Shown one piece after another: positions 26,385 to 35,058 of a stretch of 64,000 nucleotides of DNA (position 1 is its first letter; each line of letters opens with the position of its first letter). The translations under genes and the position numbers were made by a program. Below the pieces are notes generated by a model that was not told where the DNA came from, ran no database searches, and worked only from the letters and a program-made list of their open reading frames with translations. Origin of the DNA: Myxococcales bacterium (GTDB lineage: Bacteria > Myxococcota_A > Polyangia > Palsa-1104); assembly GCA_028287105.1 (NCBI GenBank), contig JAQBQH010000344.1, positions 26-64,025 on the forward strand, written 5' to 3'.

Positions 26385-27488
26385 ATGCCGCTCACCGCGC
26401 TTCGCAAGCTGCGCACCAAGTTCGACTGGCCGCTGTTCGGCGCCATCGTCGCCATCGTCGCCATCGCGCTCGTGAACCTCTATTCCGCCACGCGCGTGGC
26501 GCCGAAGGGGCTCTATCAGAATCAGCTGATGTGGTTTGCCGTCGGCACCGTGATCTTCATCGTCACGGCCGCGAGCGACTATCGATTCTTCGAGCGACTG
26601 GCCTACGCCGTCTATGGCGTCGGGCTGGTGCTCCTCATCGCGGTGCTCATCGGCGGCAAGACGGTCAAGGGATCGTCGCGCTGGCTCGGGTTCGGGCCGT
26701 TCGGCGTGCAGCCGTCGGAGCTGGCCAAGATCGTCGTGATCATCGCGCTCGCCAAGCTGTTCTCCGGCGATCCGCTCGATCTGGCGCTGCGTCCGTGGCG
26801 CTATCTCATGTCGGCGCTCTTGATCATGGGCGTGCCGATGCTGCTCATCATGAAGCAGCCCGATCTCGGCACGGCGCTCATCCTCTACCTCATCGCCACG
26901 ACGATCCTGATGGTCGTGTCGCTGCAGCTGCACGTGAAGCTGCTCACGCTCGGCGCCGAGTTTCTCTTCGGCACGGTATTCTTTCTATTCAAGCTTCACG
27001 GATATCAAAAGAAACGATTGCTCACGTTCATCGATCCGTCGCTCGATCCGTCGGGCGCCGGCTGGCACGCGCGCCAGGCCATCTTTGCCGTCGGCAGCGG
27101 CAAGTGGACGGGCAAGGGTTGGCTCAAGGGTACGCAAAATCAGCTGCAGTTCCTACCCGAGCACTGGACCGATTTCCCATTCGCGGTCTTCGCCGAAGAA
27201 TGGGGTTTCATCGGCTGCACCATCCTCATCGGCTGCTACCTGTTCCTGATCTTGTGGGCGCTCAACCTCGCCGCCGAGGCGCGCGACCGCTTCGCCGAGA
27301 CCCTCTGCGTCGGCTGTGCCGCGCTCCTCTTCTGGCACGTCTTCTTCAATATCGGCATGGTCGCCGGCATCCTCCCCGTCGTGGGCGTGACCCTGCCGCT
27401 CATCAGCTACGGCGGCTCGTCGCTGCTCACGGTCATGGTGACGCTCGGGCTCATCATGAACGTCTCGATCCGCCGCTATTCGTACTAG
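26385..27488 (+). CDS. rodA: SEDS-family peptidoglycan polymerase RodA
   Basis: The track ORF was trimmed to the ATG at 26385 (MPLTALRKLRTKFDWPLFGAIVAIV...). It is polytopic and carries the conserved SEDS ends ...WTDFPFAVFAEEWGF... and PLISYGGSSLL. Confidence 0.9.
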   Translation: MPLTALRKLRTKFDWPLFGAIVAIVAIALVNLYSATRVAPKGLYQNQLMWFAVGTVIFIVTAASDYRFFERLAYAVYGVGLVLLIAVLIGGKTVKGSSRWLGFGPFGVQPSELAKIVVIIALAKLFSGDPLDLALRPWRYLMSALLIMGVPMLLIMKQPDLGTALILYLIATTILMVVSLQLHVKLLTLGAEFLFGTVFFLFKLHGYQKKRLLTFIDPSLDPSGAGWHARQAIFAVGSGKWTGKGWLKGTQNQLQFLPEHWTDFPFAVFAEEWGFIGCTILIGCYLFLILWALNLAAEARDRFAETLCVGCAALLFWHVFFNIGMVAGILPVVGVTLPLISYGGSSLLTVMVTLGLIMNVSIRRYSY

Positions 27489-27538
27489 GCCGCGGAACTT
27501 TTCTCGCGCGGGGTCGGAGTAAGGGAGAGGAGGCAGAA

Positions 27539-28303
27539 ATGCGAACCATCCTCGCCACCCTGTTCATCTTCGTAACCGTCGGTGTGGCGCACGCCGACCC
27601 CGCCGCCGACCTGGCCGACCAGGCATCGAAGCTTCATCGCGAGGCGCAGAAGACGAAGGAGCCGCAGAAATACGAGAGCGCCCATCAGCTCTATCAGCAG
27701 TATCTGCGGCAATATCCCGCCGGCGCCGTGGCCGCCGAGATCGCCTATTTCGACGCGGAGCTCGAGTTCGCGCGGCAACACTACGACGAGGCGGCGCGGC
27801 TCTACGATCAGTCGATCACGCGAGAGCCGAAGGGCAAGTACACGCAGGAGGCGGCCTACGCGCTCGTCATCTCGGTCAAGAACGCGGCGCACCTCGACGA
27901 TCATAAGGTGCCCGACGCAGGGGCGCCCTGTCCGCCGCCACCGACGGTCTGCACCATCACGCCCGACTTTACGCGCATGCTGGCGGCGTTCGACCGCTAC
28001 CTCGCCGTCGTCGCCCAGAGCGAGGAGCGACCGAACATCGAGTACCGGCGCGCGCGCATCTACTACGAGTTCAATCAGCTCGACAAAGCAGCGCCGCTCT
28101 TCGACGCCATCGTGGCGCGCTATCCGCAACACGAGTTGGCGGTCTACTCGGCCAACCTCGAGATGGACTGCCTCGCCATCCTCAAGCGCTACGACCAGCT
28201 GCGCGGGCTCGTCGCGCGGCTCAAGAAGAGCCCGGTCATGCACGACGCGACCGTGCGCGAGCAGGTCGAGCAGATGGAAAAGGGCCTCAAGAAGAAGCCG
28301 TGA
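27539..28303 (+). CDS. Secreted hypothetical protein with TPR-like helices, 254 aa
   Basis: A strong ribosome-binding site (GGAGAGGAGG) lies 7 nt upstream of the ATG. The signal peptide is MRTILATLFIFVTVGVAHA. The stop overlaps the sigma-factor GTG start as GTGA. Confidence 0.7.
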   Translation: MRTILATLFIFVTVGVAHADPAADLADQASKLHREAQKTKEPQKYESAHQLYQQYLRQYPAGAVAAEIAYFDAELEFARQHYDEAARLYDQSITREPKGKYTQEAAYALVISVKNAAHLDDHKVPDAGAPCPPPPTVCTITPDFTRMLAAFDRYLAVVAQSEERPNIEYRRARIYYEFNQLDKAAPLFDAIVARYPQHELAVYSANLEMDCLAILKRYDQLRGLVARLKKSPVMHDATVREQVEQMEKGLKKKP

Positions 28304-28866
28304 AGCTGCCGGAGCTCGACGAGGCGACGCTGGCGCGCGCCCAGGCCGGTGACCGCTCCGCGTTTCGCGCGCTCTACGAGCGTTACGCGGACGTCGTCTA
28401 CGCCTTCGTCCGGCGCATGCTCTTCGACGACGCCACCGCCGAGGACGCGTTGCAGGACACCTTCGTGCGCATCGCGCGCAGCCTGGCGTCGTTCGACCCG
28501 CGCGGCCCGGCGGCGCTCTCGACCTGGATTCTAACGATCGCCCGTCGCGCGGCGCTGACCCCGCGACGCCCGCCACCGACGGTGGGCCTGGAGACGACCT
28601 CGACCCTGCCGCCGCCCGTCGAGCTCAGCACGATGCGGCGCCGTCTCGAAGACGCGCTGGCGGCGCTGTCGCCCGAGCAGCGCGCGGTCTTCGTGCTGCG
28701 CGAATGCGCGCAACTGTCGTACGACGAAATCGCAATCGCAGTAGAGGCGGACGTTGGTACGGTGCGGTCGCGGCTGCATCGCGCGCGGGCCGCGCTGCAG
28801 GAGCGGCTGCGCGACCTGATGGAGCACACCGAAGGAGAGGGCCGTGGACGAAAAGCTGGACGCTGA
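28300..28866 (+). CDS. ECF (sigma-70 family group 4) sigma factor
   Basis: Region 2 (YERYADVVYAFVRRML.DDATAEDALQDTFVRIARSL) and a region 4 helix-turn-helix (EQRAVFVLRECAQLSYDEIAIAVEADVGTVRSRLHRARAAL). Confidence 0.85.
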   Translation: MKLPELDEATLARAQAGDRSAFRALYERYADVVYAFVRRMLFDDATAEDALQDTFVRIARSLASFDPRGPAALSTWILTIARRAALTPRRPPPTVGLETTSTLPPPVELSTMRRRLEDALAALSPEQRAVFVLRECAQLSYDEIAIAVEADVGTVRSRLHRARAALQERLRDLMEHTEGEGRGRKAGR

Positions 28867-29623
28867 CGCGATGGCGCTGCTGTCGGCGCTCGAGGCGGAC
28901 GAGCTGACCGGCGACGAGCGCGCCGGCGCCGAGGCGCTGCTGGCGCGATCGGCGGAAGCGCGCGCGACGCTGGCTCGGCTCGAGCGGCTACGCACGCTGA
29001 CCGCCGAGCTGCCCGACCCGGCGCTGCCCGCGGCGGCGAGGCGTCGCGCCGGCGATCGCGCGGTCGCGGCGCTGGAGTCGGCCGTTCACGCCGCGCGACG
29101 TCGTCGGATCGCGCTGGCGCTCCTCGCCGGCGCAGCGGCGGCGGCGATGATCGCATTCGTCGTCGCCCGGCCATGGCGAGCGCGCGTCGTGCCGGTCGTC
29201 GAAACGGAGATCCGGACCGGCGCCGGCGAGCACCGGCTCCTGGAGCTCGGCGGCCGCGCGACCGCGTTCGTCGGCGAACGAAGCATCGTTCGCGTCACGC
29301 CCGGCCAGCCGGTCCGCGTCGAGTCCGGGCGCGTGCGCCTGGTCGTGCGGCGCGATCCATCGACGCCGTTCGCCGTCGCGACCGCTGCCGCGACCGCGGT
29401 CGTGCGCGGCACCGAGTTCGACGTCGATGTCACCGAGGAGGGCACCGAGGTACGCGTCGCGCGCGGTGAGGTCGAGGTGCGCAATGCGTATGGAGCGCGC
29501 ACGCTGTGGGCGGGCGAAGTCGCGCGCGCGCAGGTGGGAGCGGCCCCCCGAAGGATCGAGCGCGTGGACGCGATCTTGCTGGACGGCCCAGCGCAGATCG
29601 ACCCGCCGCAACGAAGGCGGTAG
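28844..29623 (+). CDS. Anti-sigma factor with single TM segment and FecR-like periplasmic domain
   Basis: The GTG start overlaps the sigma gene by 23 nt and has a GAAGGAGAGG ribosome-binding site. A TM segment (IALALLAGAAAAAMIAFVV) is followed by a FecR-like beta region (VRGTEFDVDVTEEGTEVRVARGEVEV). Confidence 0.7.
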   Translation: MDEKLDADAMALLSALEADELTGDERAGAEALLARSAEARATLARLERLRTLTAELPDPALPAAARRRAGDRAVAALESAVHAARRRRIALALLAGAAAAAMIAFVVARPWRARVVPVVETEIRTGAGEHRLLELGGRATAFVGERSIVRVTPGQPVRVESGRVRLVVRRDPSTPFAVATAAATAVVRGTEFDVDVTEEGTEVRVARGEVEVRNAYGARTLWAGEVARAQVGAAPRRIERVDAILLDGPAQIDPPQRRR

Positions 29624-29721
29624 GACGAGGCGCCACACCCGCAATCCGAAGCGCGCCCTTGCCGCCACCACCGTGCGGGCTTCGCAACTCGCGCGCGCCG
29701 CCTCGCGCGCCCCTCGCGGAC

Positions 29722-30264
29722 CTACTCGTTCTCGTTCTTCGAGAACAGCCCCGCCGCCCCCGTCACCGATCGATCCGGCATCACCGATCCCGACCGCTCG
29801 AACGTCGACTGGATGCTATCGCAGTCGAGATCCCCGAACGCCCACGCGCCGAACGTCGCGCTCGTGTCGGTGCCGGAGGTCGAGTACTGGTAGACGAAGA
29901 AGAAGGGATCGTCGACGGAGAAGTGGAGGACGGTCCAGCTGTCGGAGGCGAAGTTCGTCGGCGCCGGCACGCAGCGATCGCCGCTCTGGCCGCAGCAGGC
30001 GGCGGTGGCGGTGGCGCCCGGCGAGGGGCCGGCGTTGGTCGGGAACTGCTTGAGGATGGCGACGCCGCTCTTGTCGGCGTGGTCCGCTTCGTAGTACGCG
30101 ACCGACGAGTCGTAGATCTTGCGCAAGTTCATCGTCGCTTCGATGGTCTTCGAGCGGCGGATGTATTTGATCAGCGACGGAATCGCCACCGACGCCAGAA
30201 TGCCGATGATCGCCACGACGATCATGAGCTCGATGAGCGTGAAGCCGCGCTGTAGGCGTCGCAT
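29722..30264 (-). CDS. pilA: Type IV pilin (PilA-like) with class III prepilin signal
   Basis: N-terminus [29 protein letters not shown] carries the prepilin peptidase cleavage/N-methylation motif (G|FTLIE). The C-terminal domain has Cys pairs ([11 protein letters not shown]; DLDCDS). The first 30 aa closely resemble myxobacterial PilA. Confidence 0.8.
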   Translation of the reverse strand: MRRLQRGFTLIELMIVVAIIGILASVAIPSLIKYIRRSKTIEATMNLRKIYDSSVAYYEADHADKSGVAILKQFPTNAGPSPGATATAACCGQSGDRCVPAPTNFASDSWTVLHFSVDDPFFFVYQYSTSGTDTSATFGAWAFGDLDCDSIQSTFERSGSVMPDRSVTGAAGLFSKNENE

Positions 30265-30411
30265 GGAGCCCCTACAGTGCAGCCCCCATGCCGCGTCCTC
30301 GCCGGCGCGCTCAGTCAGACATTATCGTTACTTAGCCCCTGGCAAGGACGCCGCCCCGCGCGGATCTGCTAGCCCAAACCGGGCCCCGGTGCCGTGAATT
30401 GTCACCGCGTC

Positions 30412-31269
30412 CTACTTGAGCCCGGCGGCGTTCCACTTCTTGACCGTGTCCTTGATGAGCGCGCCGACCTTGGCCACCACGCGCTTGTAGTACTCGTCGG
30501 CCTTCTTCTGATCGAAGTCGGTCGGCCAGCCCTGCCCCGGCTTATATAACGTGATGCTCGAGGGAAACGGCGTCGCCGACCAGGCGCCGGGCGCCGGATT
30601 CGCCGTCGCCATCTCCTTGCCGGTGTAGAGCTCCTTGTGCACGAGCTTGGGATTGATCGCCTGAACGAACGCGGTCTCGTTGATGCCGGCGTGGCCGCCG
30701 TCCTCGCCGAAGATCTCCTGCGTCACGTCGCTGCACAGCGCCCACCAGTTGATCACCATCGTCTCGACGCCGTGCGCGAACGCGACCTCGCGCGTCACCG
30801 CGTCGAGGATCGCCGTCTGCGGCCCGCCATGTCCGTTGAGCACCACGATGCGGCGAAACCCGTTCTTCACCATGCCGTCGAGCACCGCGCGCACGTACCC
30901 CCGGAACGCCTCGTCGGGGATGTGCAGCGCGCCCGGGTAGGGCGCCATCGCGCCGGTGACCCCGTACGGAATGTGCGGCGCGACCAGCGCATTGACCTCC
31001 TCGGCCAGCGCGCGCGCTATCGCCACCGGCGCGGTGTTGTCGGCGCCGTTGTTGATGACCCCGTGCGGCTCCATCGTCCCGACGGTGACCAGCACGGTGT
31101 CGATGCGCGCGGGCACCAGCTTTCTAAACTCCATCCAATTGAGGTCGTTCATCTCGCGCGTCGCCAGCTTGGGCTCGGCTGCGGAGGCGACGGGTGCGAA
31201 GGCAACGGCCGCGAAGGCGACGACAGGGACGAGGGCCAGCGTCACGGTCAAGATGCGCATGCCGCGCAT
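30412..31269 (-). CDS. Creatininase-family amidohydrolase with N-terminal signal/TM segment
   Basis: Creatininase-like metal-binding blocks (TVGTMEPHG ... VLNGHGGP ... GGHAGINET). The start was chosen at the ATG at 31269 (MRGMRILTVTLALVPVVAFAAVAFA...), which lies inside a GCTAGGATGCG motif. Alternative starts are 31260 or 31329. Confidence 0.65.
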   Translation of the reverse strand: MRGMRILTVTLALVPVVAFAAVAFAPVASAAEPKLATREMNDLNWMEFRKLVPARIDTVLVTVGTMEPHGVINNGADNTAPVAIARALAEEVNALVAPHIPYGVTGAMAPYPGALHIPDEAFRGYVRAVLDGMVKNGFRRIVVLNGHGGPQTAILDAVTREVAFAHGVETMVINWWALCSDVTQEIFGEDGGHAGINETAFVQAINPKLVHKELYTGKEMATANPAPGAWSATPFPSSITLYKPGQGWPTDFDQKKADEYYKRVVAKVGALIKDTVKKWNAAGLK

Positions 31270-31807
31270 CCTAGCGTATGCTTCTGCCGTGCGGATCGAG
31301 ACCGAGCGGCTCATCCTGGTGCCGATCACGCTCGAGATGTTCGAGGCGGTCTACGTCGGCGATCGCGCCCGCGCCGAGCTCCTGGCGAACGCCCGCCTCC
31401 CCGACGCCTGGCCCGGCCGCGCCATCCTCGAGCGGGCCTTCTCCGCCGACATCGACCTCATCCGCGAAGATCCCCCGCGCCGCCTGTGGGGCGACCGGCT
31501 CATGATCTCGCGCGGCGAGCCGCGCATCGTCGGCAGCGTCATCTTTCACGGCCGCCCCGAGGACGGCATCGCCGAGGTCGGCTACGGCGTGGAGCTGGAG
31601 TCGCAGGGGCGCGGCTTCGCCACCGAGGCCACGCGCGCCTGCGTCGACTGGGCGCTCGCGCAGCCCGAATGCGTGGCCGTCACCGCCACCACCTTCCCCT
31701 GGCACAAGGCGTCGCTGCGCGTCATCGAGAAGCTCGGCATGACGCAAGCCGGCTCGCGCGAGCACGACCTCCTCGGCGAGCTCTTCGTCTTCGAGAAGCG
31801 CCGATGA
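31253..31807 (+). CDS. GNAT family N-acetyltransferase (RimJ/RimL-like)
   Basis: IETERLILVPITLEMF...GSVIFHGRP.DGIAEVGYGVELESQGRGFATEA...IEKLGM. The start is ambiguous (31253 or 31259) and overlaps the divergent creatininase start. The stop overlaps the next gene as ATGA. Confidence 0.7.
   Translation: MRMPRILAYASAVRIETERLILVPITLEMFEAVYVGDRARAELLANARLPDAWPGRAILERAFSADIDLIREDPPRRLWGDRLMISRGEPRIVGSVIFHGRPEDGIAEVGYGVELESQGRGFATEATRACVDWALAQPECVAVTATTFPWHKASLRVIEKLGMTQAGSREHDLLGELFVFEKRR
31265..31275 (-). promoter_or_regulatory. GCTAGGATGCG start-context motif, copy 3 (minus strand)
   Basis: The minus strand reads ACGCTAGGATGCGCGGCATGCGCATC. The motif ATG (31269) is the predicted start of the creatininase-family gene, with a second ATG 7 nt after the TAGGAT. 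Confidence 0.35.
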
Positions 31808-32640
31808 AGCCGAAGCACATCCCGTGGCGCCGCCTCGCCGCCGACCTGCGCCGCGAGATCCACGAAGATCACCTCGCGCAAGGCGCCGCCGCCCTCGCGT
31901 TCTTCTGGATGCTCGCGCTCTTCCCGGCCGCGATCTTCCTCCTCACGCTGCTCGCCTATCTGCCCATCCCGCATCTCGAGCGCGCGCTCATGCACCTCGT
32001 CTCCGACACGCTCCCCGCCGACGCGGCCGGCCTGTTTCGCGGCGTCGTCGAGAGCGTCTTTTCCAAGCGGCGCGGCGGCTTCCTCTCGGTCGGCCTCATC
32101 CTCACCGCCTGGTCGACCTCGAGCGGCGTGCATGCGCTCATGCAGCAGCTCAACGTCGCCTACGACGTCTCCGAGCGCCGCCCCTATCTGCGGCGCCGCA
32201 TGGTCGCCATCATCCTCTCGATCACCTTCTTCGTCCTCATCATCGGCGCCTTCGTCTTGATCGTCGCCGGGCGCTTCCTGCAGCGCCACCTCGTGCACCT
32301 CGGCGCGGGCGACATCCTGCCGGCGGTGGTGCTGCTGCGCTGGATCATCGTGCTGGTCGCGCTCCTGACCGGCCTCGCCGTCGTCTATCGCTACGGCCCG
32401 AGCGTGAAGCAGCGCTTCCGGCTCGTCTCGCCGGGCAACGTGCTCGCCGTCCTCATGCTGTTCGTCGCATCGGTGGGGTTCCAGCTGTTCGTGCGCTGGT
32501 TCGGGCACTTCGACGTGACCTACGGCAGCCTGGCTGCCGTGATCACGCTGATGCTCTGGCTCTATCTGGCGGGGTGGGCGGTGCTACTCGGTGCGGAGCT
32601 CGACGCGACGCTGGCGTCCTACGGGCGTCGCGGCGCTTGA
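31804..32640 (+). CDS. YihY/BrkB (ribonuclease BN-like) family membrane protein
   Basis: AQGAAALAFFWMLALFPAAIFLLTLLAYLP ... six TM segments ... YGSLAAVITLMLWLYLAGWAVLLGAELDA. These are YihY family hallmarks. Confidence 0.75.
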   Translation: MKPKHIPWRRLAADLRREIHEDHLAQGAAALAFFWMLALFPAAIFLLTLLAYLPIPHLERALMHLVSDTLPADAAGLFRGVVESVFSKRRGGFLSVGLILTAWSTSSGVHALMQQLNVAYDVSERRPYLRRRMVAIILSITFFVLIIGAFVLIVAGRFLQRHLVHLGAGDILPAVVLLRWIIVLVALLTGLAVVYRYGPSVKQRFRLVSPGNVLAVLMLFVASVGFQLFVRWFGHFDVTYGSLAAVITLMLWLYLAGWAVLLGAELDATLASYGRRGA

Positions 32641-32662
32641 CGGCGGGGCGAGGAGCGGCGAG

Positions 32663-33826
32663 CTAGCGGCAGCTCGTGTACGTGATGCACTGGCCCTGAG
32701 CATCGCACTGCCAGCCGCCGGAGCACTCGTTGGCCGTGTAGCCGTAGTCGGCGCACTTGTACTCGCACGCCGGCGTCGGGGCCGGCGTCGACAGCGACGG
32801 GACCGTGTCGACGTAGGCCGACGCGTAGGCGTCGATGTACTGGTACTGGATGAAGCCGTAGCCGGGGCCGTACGGGTTGTCGATGCCGAAGCGCGCCGTG
32901 CCCCAGCTGTTCTTGAAGATGTAGAAGACCTTCTGCATGACCGGATTGCCGGCCGCGTCCTTGACCGGCACGCCCTTTTCGTCGACGGCCGGGAAGCTCA
33001 GGTTGTCATCCCAACCGACGATGAGGATGCCGTGGCCCGCGCGCTCCTTGTGGCTCTCGGTGATGTCCTTGGCGTTCGGATTGCGCACGATGCCCTGGCG
33101 GAAGTCGGCCTCGCTCACCGTCAGCGTCGAGAGGCGGTGGTTCCACGCCTGATAGAAGAAGTCGATGCCGACGACCACGGCGGTGTGGTTCTTCGAGATG
33201 TGCGACTTGATCGAGCGCGACGACAGGTAGCTGCCGCTCGGGAGCTTGTACTGCTTGGCGGCCAGCGCGGCCGCGGACGGCTCGCCTTCGGTCCAGCACT
33301 TGGTGGGAAGCGACTCGCCTTCGGCGCCGGTCGACTTGCACGCCGGATCGTCCGCCTCGGTCCACGGATTCGGGTTGTACGCCCAGGCGCTCTCCTCGGG
33401 GATGCCGAACTTGGCGATGGCGGCGACGTTGTCCGAGTTGTTCGAGCCTTCGGAGTTGGTGTACGAGCCGTACTGCTTCTTCACCGACCACTGCAGGTAC
33501 TGCTCGGAGAAGTCGGGCATCGCGAGGCCCGCCTTGATGTAGAGGTGCTCCATCAGGCCGATGGTCGAGAAGATGGTGCAGACGCCGCGGCGCGCCTGGT
33601 TGCGCACCGGCGACTGCCACTGCAGGAGCTCCGTGTTCTTGGCGGCGATGGCGTCCGCCTTGAAGTCGATCTGCGGCAGCGCATCGTTGCTCGGCGCGCC
33701 CTTGAAGACCGAGTCGTAGCTGGTGAGCGGCGAATCTTCCTCGCCGACGTTGTCGAGCTGCGTCTGGCCGGCACAGCCGACGAGCAGGGTAGAGGCGAAG
33801 AGCGGGAGCAGGATGTGTTTGCGCAT
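32663..33826 (-). CDS. Papain-like (C1 family) cysteine peptidase lipoprotein with Cys-rich C-terminal tail
   Basis: Lipobox LLVGC. The catalytic Cys context is Q..RRGVCTIFS, with a catalytic His/Asn region (HGILIVGWDD ... NSWG). The C-terminus (CEYKCADYGYTANECSGGWQCDAQGQCITYTSC) is a Cys-knot-like module. Confidence 0.75.
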   Translation of the reverse strand: MRKHILLPLFASTLLVGCAGQTQLDNVGEEDSPLTSYDSVFKGAPSNDALPQIDFKADAIAAKNTELLQWQSPVRNQARRGVCTIFSTIGLMEHLYIKAGLAMPDFSEQYLQWSVKKQYGSYTNSEGSNNSDNVAAIAKFGIPEESAWAYNPNPWTEADDPACKSTGAEGESLPTKCWTEGEPSAAALAAKQYKLPSGSYLSSRSIKSHISKNHTAVVVGIDFFYQAWNHRLSTLTVSEADFRQGIVRNPNAKDITESHKERAGHGILIVGWDDNLSFPAVDEKGVPVKDAAGNPVMQKVFYIFKNSWGTARFGIDNPYGPGYGFIQYQYIDAYASAYVDTVPSLSTPAPTPACEYKCADYGYTANECSGGWQCDAQGQCITYTSCR

Positions 33827-33963
33827 GGCGGGGCGCGCATCTCACGAAACATGCCAGAAACCGGCACTAGTGGACGCCCACCCAAATCGCGGAGTTGTTT
33901 GAATTGGCTTACGAAAATCACGGGGTAGGAGTGGCGCCTACAGCCGGCGATTGCGACAGCCTG

Positions 33964-35058
33964 TCACACCAGATTCTGGAGGTCGTACTGCTTGAACTTC
34001 CAGATGACGCCGTCGAGGTAGTAGTGGCCGAGGGTGAGCGCGGTCCACAGCGCCAGCGCGACCTCGCCGAGTGCCCAGCCGGTCAGGCGCGCGCCGGCAA
34101 ACGCGATCAGGTAGACGCCGGTGGCGCAGGCGGCGAGGACGGCGACGTACCCGAAGGCGCGGCCCGGCTGCGACACCCACGAGATCAGGCGCGCGTTGGG
34201 ATCGCGGCGGCCGGCGTAGCGGGTGCGGTTGTACTGCCACACGATGCCGATGTACTGCACCGCGTGCCACAGCGCGGCGGCGGCGAAGGCGCTCGTGCCG
34301 TTCTTGATGACGAGGAACGGCATGGCGAAGCCGAACGCGGTGCCGGCGACGAGGAGCGCGCGCAGCCAGGTCGTCGCGGGCAGCGCGCGACCACGCACGA
34401 GCAGGACCGAGTAGGCGAGGGCGATGCACGCGACCACGCCACCGACGGCGTTGACCTCCCAGGCGCGCGGAAACGGATGGATGATCTGCGTGCCGAAGAG
34501 CTCCCAGGGCCCGGTGTAGACGCGGCGTAGGACGCAGAAGAAGCAGACCGCGAAGAGCAGCGCCTTCTCGAGCCGCGCGGCGAGGGTCCCGATGGCGCCG
34601 TGCTTGCGCTGGTAGATGCGCAAGATGCCGTAGGCCTGCGCCACGAAGTGCCAGGAGGCCCAGTAGAAGATGACGGTGCGCAGATAGATGGGGCCGAGGC
34701 CGCCGGCGGCGATGCAGCCGATGGCGAAGCTGGCCAGAAGACCCGGCACGATCCAGTAGTGCAGCGGGCGGCGGTAGCGCTCGCGACGCGGCAGGTAGAC
34801 GCGCGTCCAGGTCGAGATCAGGTGCGGCCCGTTGAACAGCGCGACGGCGATCAGGATGAGGTGGCCGGGGACGCCGAGCTTGTCGCTCGCGATCCAGGGG
34901 CCGATGGTGAGGAGGGTGACGAAGACGAAGATCGTCAGGTCGACGGCGGGCGAGATGATGAAGGGCGCGGCGGCGGAGGCGGCGGCGCGGCCGGCACCGG
35001 CATGAGGTGCATCCACGGCAGGAGCAGCAGCGGCGCGGGTGATTGCGGAGCTCGCCAT
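33964..35058 (-). CDS. Hypothetical polytopic membrane protein, ~364 aa
   Basis: Trimmed to the internal ATG (MASSAITRAAAAP...). It has at least seven hydrophobic segments and conserved-looking aromatic blocks (WHFVAQAYGILRIYQRKHG; HYYLDGVIWKFK). The overlapping 542-aa ORF in another frame is rejected. Confidence 0.5.
   Translation of the reverse strand: MASSAITRAAAAPAVDAPHAGAGRAAASAAAPFIISPAVDLTIFVFVTLLTIGPWIASDKLGVPGHLILIAVALFNGPHLISTWTRVYLPRRERYRRPLHYWIVPGLLASFAIGCIAAGGLGPIYLRTVIFYWASWHFVAQAYGILRIYQRKHGAIGTLAARLEKALLFAVCFFCVLRRVYTGPWELFGTQIIHPFPRAWEVNAVGGVVACIALAYSVLLVRGRALPATTWLRALLVAGTAFGFAMPFLVIKNGTSAFAAAALWHAVQYIGIVWQYNRTRYAGRRDPNARLISWVSQPGRAFGYVAVLAACATGVYLIAFAGARLTGWALGEVALALWTALTLGHYYLDGVIWKFKQYDLQNLV

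Noticed and set aside
27489-27520. Hairpin CCGCG-N12-CGCGG after rodA as a terminator
   Set aside because: The loop is long, there is no U-tract, and a strong ribosome-binding site for the next same-strand gene follows immediately. It is more likely part of an intercistronic region.
30330-30345. Sigma-54-like TGGCA-N-GC element (TGGCAAGGACGCCGC) in the pilin upstream region
   Set aside because: It lies on the plus strand, pointing away from the minus-strand pilin gene and into the antisense of the creatininase gene. The -12 element is a poor match (CC instead of TT).
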